Assembly: GCA_043819795.1 (NCBI GenBank)
Contig: JBDREN010000004.1
Coordinates: forward strand, 1-24,669
Reading direction: 5' to 3'
DNA: 24,669 nt
From: Elusimicrobiota bacterium
Lineage (GTDB): Bacteria; Elusimicrobiota; Elusimicrobia; UBA1565
A program made the translations under genes and the position numbers. How positions within the stretch are numbered: the first letter of the stretch is position 1; every line of letters begins with the position of its first letter. The notes below the pieces were generated by a model. The model was not told where the DNA came from, made no database searches, and saw only the letters and a list, made by a program, of their open reading frames with translations. Below are positions 1 through 7,735 of this stretch, in pieces.

Positions 1-164
1 AGTCCGTGGCAAACGTCTTCCGCGGCCAGCAATCGCCTCGAAGCGGCCTGCGCCTGCGTTGCTCCTCGCTCACATCCCGTCGATGGAGGCTCCCTCGTCG
101 CGCCTTGGCTCGGCTCGCTCCAGGCGATTTCGCCGTCCGAAATACTTTTGCCACGGGCTGCTAG
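1..164. mobile_element. MITE/REP-like palindromic repeat, left copy (left tip probably cut by the window edge)
   Basis: Terminal inverted repeat AGTCCGTGGCAAA (1-13) vs TTTGCCACGGGCT (147-159), 12/13 complementary. Inner arms AATCGCCT (31-38) / AGGCGATT (122-129) are perfectly complementary. Ends in CTAG (161-164). Positions 74-164 match the reverse complement of 24579-24669 at 88/91 nt. No coding capacity. Confidence 0.75.
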
Positions 165-1069
165 GCGACCGGCGCTTCCGCGACCGGCGCGAATTCGTCC
201 CAGCCGTACATCTCGGGGTACTCCCGCCAGGGGCCTTCGCAGACGGCGTCGTAGCGGCAGGTCCCGCACTCCCGCCGCTTGGCCTTGCCCTCCTGGGTGC
301 GGTAGCGCTCCCAGTGCTCCACGCGGATATTGGAGTCCACGATGATGCCGTCCGGGATCACGCGCTCGGCCGCGCAGTCATCGAACCCCGCGAGCAGGCA
401 GTACGGGATAGCTTCCGTGTAGCAGCGCACGCCGCCGGCCCGCCCGACGCGAAGCCCCTCCTTGATGTAGGGCATGGCGTCGGACTTCCTCGGAACGACC
501 TCGCGGGCCTTGACGGCGGCCGTCCCGACGATGTGGACGAAGGCGAACTGCATCTGGTCGACCTCGAGGCGAACGAGCAGCCTGGCGAGCTCCGGCAGGT
601 CCTTGTAGTTCCGCCGGGTCACGACGCTGTTGGTCAGGACGAAGAGCCCGAGGCGCCGCATGTTCTCGATGCCGCGGACCACCTGCTTCCAGGCTCCGGG
701 GGAATGGGTCTGCCCGTCATGGACGGCGGGCGTCGAGCCGTGGAGCGAAGGGCTGAACTCGTTGGCTCCGGCCTCCTTGAGCGCCCGGCAGAAATCGAGG
801 TAGGCGAACCGGCGGCCGTTGGTCTGGACCTGGATGCTCCGGTAGCCCAAAGTCTTCGCCGCGGCCACGGCTTCGAGCAGATGGGGATGGAGGGTGGGCT
901 CGCCTCCCGTGAATACGACGCCCCGGACTCCCTGCTGGGCCGCGGTCTTGAGCTCGCCGACGATCTGCCTGAAGGTCAGCCGGGCGACGGAGCGCCGCTT
1001 GTCTCCCTGGGCGCAGAAATCGCACCGGTTGTTGCAGGCGAAGCCGATCTTGAGGTCGAGGCGTCTCAC
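161..1069 (-). CDS. Radical SAM protein, HxsC-like (302 aa)
   Basis: DLKIGFACNNRCDFC (CxxxCxxC), FTGGEPT, QTNGR, EAIPYC and a C-terminal CxxC-x5-C cluster (CGTCRYDAVCEGPWREY). Start reassigned from the 1504 ORF start to GTG 1069, which overlaps the upstream TGA (GTGA) and aligns with the paralog's N-terminus. Confidence 0.88.
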   Translation of the reverse strand: MRRLDLKIGFACNNRCDFCAQGDKRRSVARLTFRQIVGELKTAAQQGVRGVVFTGGEPTLHPHLLEAVAAAKTLGYRSIQVQTNGRRFAYLDFCRALKEAGANEFSPSLHGSTPAVHDGQTHSPGAWKQVVRGIENMRRLGLFVLTNSVVTRRNYKDLPELARLLVRLEVDQMQFAFVHIVGTAAVKAREVVPRKSDAMPYIKEGLRVGRAGGVRCYTEAIPYCLLAGFDDCAAERVIPDGIIVDSNIRVEHWERYRTQEGKAKRRECGTCRYDAVCEGPWREYPEMYGWDEFAPVAEAPVA

Positions 1070-2091
1070 GCGGCCACCAAGAACGCCCTGTCGCGCGCGC
1101 GGGCCCTTCGTTCCAAGATGCGGCGCAGCTCGCGGGGCGGCAGCCTCCCGCCCCTCACGGGGACGAACTCCGAGTGGCCCCTTCTCGCCGGATATTCCAT
1201 CCAGGGGCCTTCGCAGACCGCGTCGAACCTGCACGCGCCGCATTCGGGGGACTTCCGTTTGATGCTCCTGCGGGCTTCGCCCCAATCGACGCTCGGCTGG
1301 CCGTGGGCGTCCAGCAGGCTTCGGGTCCAAACGAGATAATCGAGCTCGGCGCAGTACTCCTCCCGCCCGGCCAAAAAGCAGAGGGGGATCATCTCGAGGT
1401 CGAAGAATACGCCCCGCGAGCGGCTTTCCTGGAGCTCGACGGCCTCCCGCACGTGGGGGAGCACGTCGCGATACCGCGGGACGACGGCGTCGAAATTCTC
1501 CCACGCCCTGCCTTGGGCGTGCGGAAAGGCGATGTTCCCCGAGCGGACCCCGAGCGCGATGAGCCGCTCGACGCTACGCTTGACGGACCGGAAGTTCATA
1601 GTGGACAGCACGATCTTCCCGGTCACGAGGTAGCCGGCTCGCAGGAGGTTCTTGATGCCCCTTACGGTCTCTTCGTGGCTGCCGGGCCTGCGGGTTATGG
1701 CGTCGTGGATCCGGGCCGTGGGACCGTGCAAAGCGACGGTGAACGCGATGTCCGCCTTCCCGAAGTCCAGCTCGCGCATCAACGACTTCCTGGAGAAGAG
1801 CCTCCCGTTGGTCTGGACCCCGATCCTGAAGCCGATCGCGCGCGCGAAACGAAGGATGTCGACGAAGTCCTTCCTTATGGATGGCTCGCCCCCCGTGATG
1901 GTCACGTGGCCGTAGCCCTGCCGGCGGTAGGACGTGAGCAGGCCCTTGTATTCGGCGGTGGTGCGGTCCATGCTCCGGCTCTCGGCGCTGAAGACCTTCC
2001 GGAAATCGCCGACCACGCAGTGCAGGCAGCGGTCGTTGCACGAGTAGCCGAGCTTGAGGTCCACGCGTTTCGGCGCCTGCGATGCGTTCAT
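1066..2091 (-). CDS. Radical SAM protein, HxsC-like, paralog of 161-1069 (341 aa)
   Basis: DLKLGYSCNDRCLHC, ITGGEPS, QTNGR, EMIPLC, CGACRFDAVCEGPWMEY. ATG 2091 chosen because it follows a promoter-like element; the TTG at 2130 falls within the -35 box. Confidence 0.88.
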   Translation of the reverse strand: MNASQAPKRVDLKLGYSCNDRCLHCVVGDFRKVFSAESRSMDRTTAEYKGLLTSYRRQGYGHVTITGGEPSIRKDFVDILRFARAIGFRIGVQTNGRLFSRKSLMRELDFGKADIAFTVALHGPTARIHDAITRRPGSHEETVRGIKNLLRAGYLVTGKIVLSTMNFRSVKRSVERLIALGVRSGNIAFPHAQGRAWENFDAVVPRYRDVLPHVREAVELQESRSRGVFFDLEMIPLCFLAGREEYCAELDYLVWTRSLLDAHGQPSVDWGEARRSIKRKSPECGACRFDAVCEGPWMEYPARRGHSEFVPVRGGRLPPRELRRILERRARARDRAFLVAA

Positions 2092-2101
2092 GGGCGAAGA
2101 T

Positions 2102-2130
2102 ATGATATATGATGCCGCCGAACCCGACAA
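2102..2130 (-). promoter_or_regulatory. Putative sigma70 promoter for the radical SAM pair (near-leaderless)
   Basis: Minus strand reads TTGTCG-N17-TATCAT, 10 nt before ATG 2091, with no Shine-Dalgarno in between. Confidence 0.55.
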
Positions 2131-2158
2131 GGATTTCTCCCCTGGGATCGGACTTTTA

Positions 2159-2192
2159 TTGAGCCGGATTTAAACCTCCGTTGAGCCGGATT
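2159..2192. repeat. Perfect 12-bp direct repeat, candidate transcription-factor site
   Basis: TTGAGCCGGATT at 2159-2170 and 2181-2192 (22-bp period) in the divergent intergenic region. Confidence 0.6.
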
Positions 2193-2250
2193 ATACCCCG
2201 GTCTAGTACGCTTCTATTAAGGAAACTCGCCAAGATTGATAGGAGGGTTT

Positions 2251-3477
2251 GTGTCCCCGGCGGATTTGAACAGCGGCAACGGACCGAAAGAGGCGGATTG
2301 GGACGTGCGGAAACGCCCTCTTGTCCTGGCGGTCGACGACGACCCCAACACGCAGAGGGCGGTCCGGGTCGCGGTGGAGCGCGCGGGATGCCAGGTGGCG
2401 TTCGCCTCCGGGATCGAGGGGGCCGTGAGAAGCCTCGGCGGAACGCGTCCCGACCTGGTCCTCTTGGACATGGCTCTGGAGGAGGGGACCGGGGTCAAGG
2501 TCTGCAGGGAGATGGCCGCGCGGAGACTGGACGTCCCCGTCCTGTCCCTCACGTTCTACGGCGATGTGCACAGCCGCCTGCGGGCGTTCCAAGCAGGCGC
2601 TCACGATGATGTGCCCAAACCTTTCTCCGTGGAGGAGCTGGCGGCGCGCGTACGGGTCCATCTGCGCCTCGATAACGGGCATCGGGCCGCATCCGGCAAG
2701 AGCCGGGAGTTGGAGCTCCGCAATCGGGTCCGCCGGGACCTTGCGGACGTGATCGACCACGATCTTGACGTCCCCCTTTCCTCCATCCGGGGGACCCTGC
2801 GGCTCGTCCGCGACGAAGGCCTGATCGATGACGCGGAGTATAAGACGCTCCTGGACGCCTCCGGGACCGCCGCAGGCATGATCCTGCTGATGCTCAACGA
2901 TCGCCTGGAGATGGGGCGTAACGGCGACGTCCGGCTCGCGCCCGAGAAGTCGGAGGTCCGCGTCTCGGACGTGCTCGCGAGGGTGGGGCTGCTGGCGCAT
3001 CCGATGGCCAAAAAGCGCGCCGTAGCCTGCCATATCGGGAAGTTTCCCGCGGGTCTCAAGCTGCGGACCGACGAGCGACTGCTCTTCCGCATCCTGGCTC
3101 ACCTGCTGTCAAACGCCGTCAAGTTCAGCCCGAAGGGCGGCGAGGTGCTTCTGGAAACCTGCCGGGAGGGGGGGACGGTGCGTTTCGAGGTATCGGATCG
3201 CGGGCCGGGCATCCCCGACGCGGAGAAGAAGGCGATATTCGATGCCCGCTTCGATCAGAGGCCTGAGCCGGGCCCGAACGGCCTGGGGCGGAGACTGGGC
3301 CTGACCTTCTGCCGGATCGCGGCTTACGCCATCGGCGGGACGATCCTGGCGCACGACAGGATCGGAGGAGGCTCCCGCGTCGTCCTGATCCTGCCGGCCG
3401 CCGAGCCCGATGGCCGATCGTCGGGCCCGGAGTCCCGTCCAACGGCGCGACCGAACGCCGGGGAGGAGGGACCGTGA
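2251..3477 (+). CDS. Hybrid response regulator / sensor histidine kinase (REC-HisKA-HATPase_c), cytoplasmic
   Basis: REC motifs AVDDD, LVLLD, KPF. H-box IDHDLDVPLSSI, N-box LLSNAVKFS, G1 DRGPGI, atypical G2 GLGRRLGL. AGGAGG at 2241-2246 precedes GTG 2251. No TM segments seen. Confidence 0.9.
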   Translation: MSPADLNSGNGPKEADWDVRKRPLVLAVDDDPNTQRAVRVAVERAGCQVAFASGIEGAVRSLGGTRPDLVLLDMALEEGTGVKVCREMAARRLDVPVLSLTFYGDVHSRLRAFQAGAHDDVPKPFSVEELAARVRVHLRLDNGHRAASGKSRELELRNRVRRDLADVIDHDLDVPLSSIRGTLRLVRDEGLIDDAEYKTLLDASGTAAGMILLMLNDRLEMGRNGDVRLAPEKSEVRVSDVLARVGLLAHPMAKKRAVACHIGKFPAGLKLRTDERLLFRILAHLLSNAVKFSPKGGEVLLETCREGGTVRFEVSDRGPGIPDAEKKAIFDARFDQRPEPGPNGLGRRLGLTFCRIAAYAIGGTILAHDRIGGGSRVVLILPAAEPDGRSSGPESRPTARPNAGEEGP

Positions 3478-3989
3478 GCAGACGCAAAGCGCGTCGCGCC
3501 CGGGCTAAGCCCAAGGGGGAGGGACTGGCGCGCGCCAAGCCTCAGGACGGGACAGCCATGCGGAACAAGCCCCGGATCTGCGCGGTGGACGACGATAAGG
3601 ACACTTTGCGTTGGCTGCAGGCCACGCTCGGGGAGGAGTACGATGTGGAGCTCCTGACCTCGGTCGAGGAGCTCGAGGTCCTCCTGGGGCACGCGCCTCC
3701 CGACCTCATCCTGCTCGACGTCCACTTTCCCGTCGGCGACAGCGTGGACGCCTTGGTGCGGCTCCGCGAGCGATGCGCGGACGCGGGGACGCCCATCGTC
3801 CTGATCAGCGCCGACAACAGGCTGGACCTCGTGCTGCGCGGCATCTCCCGCGGGGCCGATGTGTTTATGGACAAGCCCCTCCATCCCGGGCGGCTCAAGA
3901 GGGAGGTCCATTCGCTTGTGCACCGGCGCGAAGAGCGCGCTTCGAAGGCGCCCCCCGCGAGCGGCCGGGAGCCGCGGGACTCTTCCTGA
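3474..3989 (+). CDS. Single-domain response regulator (CheY-like)
   Basis: AVDDD, LILLD, ISA, MDKP motifs. GTGA overlap with the kinase stop and GGAGG upstream. Alternative start is ATG 3558. Confidence 0.88.
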   Translation: MSRRKARRARAKPKGEGLARAKPQDGTAMRNKPRICAVDDDKDTLRWLQATLGEEYDVELLTSVEELEVLLGHAPPDLILLDVHFPVGDSVDALVRLRERCADAGTPIVLISADNRLDLVLRGISRGADVFMDKPLHPGRLKREVHSLVHRREERASKAPPASGREPRDSS

Positions 3990-4008
3990 CCCTCCGGAGC
4001 CCGGCGTT

Positions 4009-5790
4009 CTATGACCGCAGTTCCCGGAGCTCGTTGGCGCGCACCGCGATGCCCATGCAGCTCTCCACGAATTCGCTGCCCGGGCTCTTGGCGGCCGGGA
4101 CCAGGATGAGCTCGGTGGCCTCGACCCGGATCTCGCCTGACCGCAGCAGCTTGAGAAGCCGAGGCTGGAGGTAGATCACCCCCAGCAGGACGACCAGGAC
4201 CATCTCCCGCGCCTCTTCGGGCCCGAATACCGCGCGCACGACCTTGTCGAATTCCTCTTCGGTGAAGTCCAGCGCGGGCTGTTTGCGCGTGTAGCGCATG
4301 GCCACCCGGCTTAACCGCGGGACGATCATGTTGCCCCAGGCCGGCACATAGACCCACACCGGCTTGTCGGGATCGGCCTGCGGCGCCGAGTAGCTGATGT
4401 CCGGCACCATGCGCCGGAAGGCCCGTTCGTCGGACATCACGGCCTTGCCGTCCGAATGGACGGCCACGCGCAGGCGCCAGACCGGCACGTGCAGGGAACG
4501 CTTGCCCGCGGCCTTCCGCTCGGCGGCCGTTCGGAAGGGCTGCTCCACCAGCCGTCCCGCCTCGATCCTCCAGGCTAGCCGGCAGTCCCGGCAGAAGAAG
4601 AGGGTCTGGAAGCTCTCGATGCGCAGGTCCTGGCCGCAGCGGGCGCACTCCGCCAGGACGGCGTGGGGGGCCTTGCCCGCGTCTTCCACGGCGCGCCGGT
4701 CTTTGAGCTCCCTGGGGACCGGAGCGGAGTCGACCCGCCTGCCGTCTATGCCGTCGAGGATCAGGGGACGGTCTTTTCCCGCGTCGAACACCCAGAACGG
4801 GAGGTACACCAACGAGAGCTTGCCGCCCAGGATGCTGCCGTGCTCGAGCTCCCGGTCCAGGTCCTGCTCGCGGAGCCAGTGATAAGCGCGCCCCCCGATC
4901 CACTCCGCGGCTTCCTTCCGCCCGACCACCACCGGCTCGACGCGCCCGAGCTTCGACATCCCCGCGCGGTCGAAGGGTCTGAGCGGCATCCTCCCCAGGC
5001 GCTCGCCCAGTCCCTGGTAGCCGATGGGGCTCTTGGTCGCGCGCATGCTCCTGTCCAGCCGCCTGGAGCGGAACTCCCGGACCCTTTCTTTCGCCGTGAA
5101 GGCGCCGGGGCCCAGCTGGCAGAGCTCGGGACAGTGCTTCAGGTCCGCCTCGGTGATCCCGAAGCGGTGCGTTTGGACCGTCTTCGTGCCGATGTCCCAA
5201 AAGAACACCATGGCCGTGTAGCGCCAGTACGGCACGAAGACGAGCGCGGGGACCTGGGCGTCCTCGCCGGCGCGCCCGGCGGCTTCACGGGCTCGCGCTT
5301 CGGTCAGACGCGGCGGGACGTAGAAACGGAACAGGCGGCTTTCCCCCAAGATGATCAGATATGAGTCGCACCAGGGGCAGTGGGCCGTGCGCGAGTCCTC
5401 GGGGTACTCGACCACGCCGCCGCATGAGGGGCAGAGCACCGCCGCCAGGACTCCGGCTTTCGAGGCCCCCTTGCCGACCGTGAGGGGGGAGGCGCAATAA
5501 GGGCACTTTACCCGCAGACGTCCCTCTTCCATGTCCACCTGGGTCCCGCAGCCCGGGCAGACCATCGACCTTTTCACGACGGCGGGCTTGGGCGCTGTGG
5601 GTTTCGCTTGCGGCGGCTTCTCGAAGAGCTTGGCGAGTCCCTTGACCTTCCGGGCCGGGAGCCAGAACTCCTCGTGGTCCGCTTCCGTGACCTCGGTGTC
5701 CGCCCCGAAGCCTTCGATGGCCTTGAGCTCGCCGACCGTCAGGGGGCCTTGGAGCTTGCTCTTGATGTAGGCGTAGTACCGCTTGGCCAT
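4009..5790 (-). CDS. GYF_2-like domain plus zinc-ribbon protein, function unknown (593 aa)
   Basis: N-terminal YYAYIKSKLQGPLTVGEL...FWLPA resembles GYF_2. Three CxxC...CxxC ribbons (CPGC/CPYC, CPSC/CPWC, CARC/CRDC). Recurrent L-x-x-x-P-x-W motifs. Confidence 0.7.
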   Translation of the reverse strand: MAKRYYAYIKSKLQGPLTVGELKAIEGFGADTEVTEADHEEFWLPARKVKGLAKLFEKPPQAKPTAPKPAVVKRSMVCPGCGTQVDMEEGRLRVKCPYCASPLTVGKGASKAGVLAAVLCPSCGGVVEYPEDSRTAHCPWCDSYLIILGESRLFRFYVPPRLTEARAREAAGRAGEDAQVPALVFVPYWRYTAMVFFWDIGTKTVQTHRFGITEADLKHCPELCQLGPGAFTAKERVREFRSRRLDRSMRATKSPIGYQGLGERLGRMPLRPFDRAGMSKLGRVEPVVVGRKEAAEWIGGRAYHWLREQDLDRELEHGSILGGKLSLVYLPFWVFDAGKDRPLILDGIDGRRVDSAPVPRELKDRRAVEDAGKAPHAVLAECARCGQDLRIESFQTLFFCRDCRLAWRIEAGRLVEQPFRTAAERKAAGKRSLHVPVWRLRVAVHSDGKAVMSDERAFRRMVPDISYSAPQADPDKPVWVYVPAWGNMIVPRLSRVAMRYTRKQPALDFTEEEFDKVVRAVFGPEEAREMVLVVLLGVIYLQPRLLKLLRSGEIRVEATELILVPAAKSPGSEFVESCMGIAVRANELRELRS

Positions 5791-5819
5791 AGGCGTATTG
5801 GCGCTTCAGGGATGTCACG

Positions 5820-5828
5820 ATTTTACCA
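5820..5828 (-). promoter_or_regulatory. Putative extended -10 element
   Basis: TGGTAAAAT on the minus strand, ~30 nt upstream of ATG 5790. Confidence 0.45.
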
Positions 5829-5932
5829 CATCGAACAGCCAGGGGCCGTCGCCGCGGTCTTTCTCGTCCTGAGGCGGAGGGTTGTCGCAGGTTTTACTAT
5901 GCTGCTCGAAAATCGCAGATTCGTTGGAGCTT

Positions 5933-6263
5933 ATGAATATAAAAATCCTTTTCGAGATCCACAAGGGCCTGCCGCAGGAAGGGCCCGGCAGCGACGTCTC
6001 GACAAAGCGGGCGCTGTCCATGCTGCCGCGTCCGCGCAAAGGCCTGCGGGTCCTGGACATCGGATGCGGACCGGGCAGGCAGACGATCGAGCTTGCGCGC
6101 CGTATCGACGGGAAGATCACGGCCGTCGACGCTGCGAAAGAGGCGCGCCGGCAAGAAGGAATGGATCCAGGCCCTCGATTGTGAGCAGGAAGAGATGGAA
6201 CTGTTTCGGAAGTATTCGAGATGGTACGGATACGTCTTCTACGTTCTGGAGCGGCCTTCGTGA
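5933..6263 (+). pseudogene. Class I SAM-dependent methyltransferase with internal deletion and frameshift
   Basis: 5933-6130 encodes MNIKILFEIHKGLPQEGPGS...VLDIGCGPG...ITAVD (motif I). From 6132, in the +1 frame, LRKRRAGKKEWIQALDCEQEEMELFRKYSRWYGYVFYVLERPS* resembles this family's usual C-terminus. The central core is missing. Confidence 0.75.
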
Positions 6264-6285
6264 AGCTCGTTCGAGTCGGGAGGAG

Positions 6286-7590
6286 CTATTTGGCCGTCTC
6301 TGCCAGGTAGGCGACGGCGAGCTTCGCGAAGTTCGCCGAGTGCCGCGAGTGGCCGCCCGAGGTGGCGAGCGTGTCCCGCGAGGTATGGATGTCCGGATTG
6401 ACTTCGTTGTGGCTCGCCTCGAAGCCGAACGAGGCGGCGAACCCGCGGCGATGCCAGGAGGCGTGGTCGGAGCACGCGTAGCCGCACTCGGTGTAGCCCC
6501 AAGGCACCTTCACGTACTCGTCTATGAGCCGGCCCAAGAAAGCGTTCTGCGTCGCGTCCGTGTAGTCGCTTATGAGGTAGATGTCCTCGGCCGAGCCCTT
6601 GTAGTTCGTCATGTCGAACTGGACCACGCCCAGGACGTCCACGCCGCCGCGCTCGAACGCCTCGGCGATCTTCTGCGAGCCGCGCAGGCCCACCTCTTCC
6701 GCCGCGTAGGCTATCAGCTTGATGGTCTTGGCCGGGCGGTAGCCGGATTCCACGAGGACCCGGAGGGCTTCGGTCATCACCCCGATCCCCGAGGCGTTGT
6801 CGTCCGCTCCCGGGGCCCTGGATGTGTCCCGCCTCCGCCAGCCGGCGAGCGAGTCCGCGTGGCCCCCGATGACGACGACCTTGTCGGGCTCCGTGCGGCC
6901 GGTGATGGTGAGGACCACCGATTCTTGGGGCCAGCGCTCGTGGGCGAAGAGCTCGACCGAGATGTCCTGCCGGTCCGCCGCGATCTCTTTCCAGTGGTCC
7001 CGGATCCAGCGGGAGGAGGCGACCCCGGAGTCGGCCTCGTAGTAGCGGTTGTGAAACGACGAGAGTTTCTCGATGGTCCTCGTGATGCCCGCCTCTCCCA
7101 CCCGCGCGACCATGGGCCGGACCACGTCCTGCCGGTCGATCGTGTAATTCCGCGGCTTGCCGCGGGCCGGTCCGGCCATGACGTCCGCCTCGGCGGCCTC
7201 CCAGGTGTCGTAAGCGAAGAAGCCGCCGCATCTGCGGAAGAAGCGGTGCATGAGCGCGGAGAGCAGCGGAAGCTCCGTGGTGTGGATCCGGAAGACGGCG
7301 GCGTTCGCGCCGTGGCTCAGGACCTTCCGGCGCGAAAAACCGAAGCGGTCGCCGAGGGCCGCGAGGTCCTCGTTTCCCACGCTGATCCAGACCGAGTCCC
7401 CGGGCTTCTGGAACGCCGGGCCGGAGTCGATCCTGTCGCCGGCGATCTCTCGGGCCGAGCGCCGCGCCTCCTCCACGACGGGCTCGACGGCGACGCCCTG
7501 GTCGAAGTCCGGCCGGCTCTCAGCGGCCGATACCGAAGCGGCGGCGAGCAAGAGGAACGCCGGGAGGATGTGGGAGGTTCGGATGCGCAT
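6286..7590 (-). CDS. Secreted M28 family (bacterial leucyl) aminopeptidase
   Basis: Signal peptide MRIRTSHILPAFLLLAAASVSA; propeptide RRCGGFF; zinc/catalytic motifs GGHADS, GADDNASG, AAEEVGLRGS, QFDM, CGYACSDHASW, IHT. ATG 7590 preferred because the ORF-track start at 7629 overlaps the -10 box. Confidence 0.93.
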   Translation of the reverse strand: MRIRTSHILPAFLLLAAASVSAAESRPDFDQGVAVEPVVEEARRSAREIAGDRIDSGPAFQKPGDSVWISVGNEDLAALGDRFGFSRRKVLSHGANAAVFRIHTTELPLLSALMHRFFRRCGGFFAYDTWEAAEADVMAGPARGKPRNYTIDRQDVVRPMVARVGEAGITRTIEKLSSFHNRYYEADSGVASSRWIRDHWKEIAADRQDISVELFAHERWPQESVVLTITGRTEPDKVVVIGGHADSLAGWRRRDTSRAPGADDNASGIGVMTEALRVLVESGYRPAKTIKLIAYAAEEVGLRGSQKIAEAFERGGVDVLGVVQFDMTNYKGSAEDIYLISDYTDATQNAFLGRLIDEYVKVPWGYTECGYACSDHASWHRRGFAASFGFEASHNEVNPDIHTSRDTLATSGGHSRHSANFAKLAVAYLAETAK

Positions 7591-7627
7591 TTGGGGTCCC
7601 AGCGGAGGCCGCCCGCTGGAGGAGATC

Positions 7628-7636
7628 ATTATACCA
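7628..7636 (-). promoter_or_regulatory. Extended -10 promoter of the aminopeptidase
   Basis: Consensus TGGTATAAT on the minus strand. A CCAGCGG/CCGCTGG hairpin (7599-7619) lies in the predicted 5' UTR. Confidence 0.6.
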
Positions 7637-7735
7637 AGAATGGCAAGAGGCTATCGCTTTCCTTAGTTAAAATAGATCTCCGGACCATTTGGCCGGCCGG
7701 CGGGTATATGCTTCAATTCTCGGTAGGCAGAGGTG

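Noticed and set aside
59..1339. 426-aa + strand ORF (and 1174-2112)
   Set aside because: Antisense shadows of the motif-bearing radical SAM genes; long shadow ORFs are expected at this GC content.
1070..1504. 145-aa N-terminal extension of the first radical SAM ORF
   Set aside because: Overlaps the upstream paralog in another frame and is Arg/Pro-rich nonsense; the GTGA-coupled start at 1069 fits better.
2140..2200. CRISPR-like mini array
   Set aside because: Only two 12-bp units with a 10-bp spacer and no cas genes.
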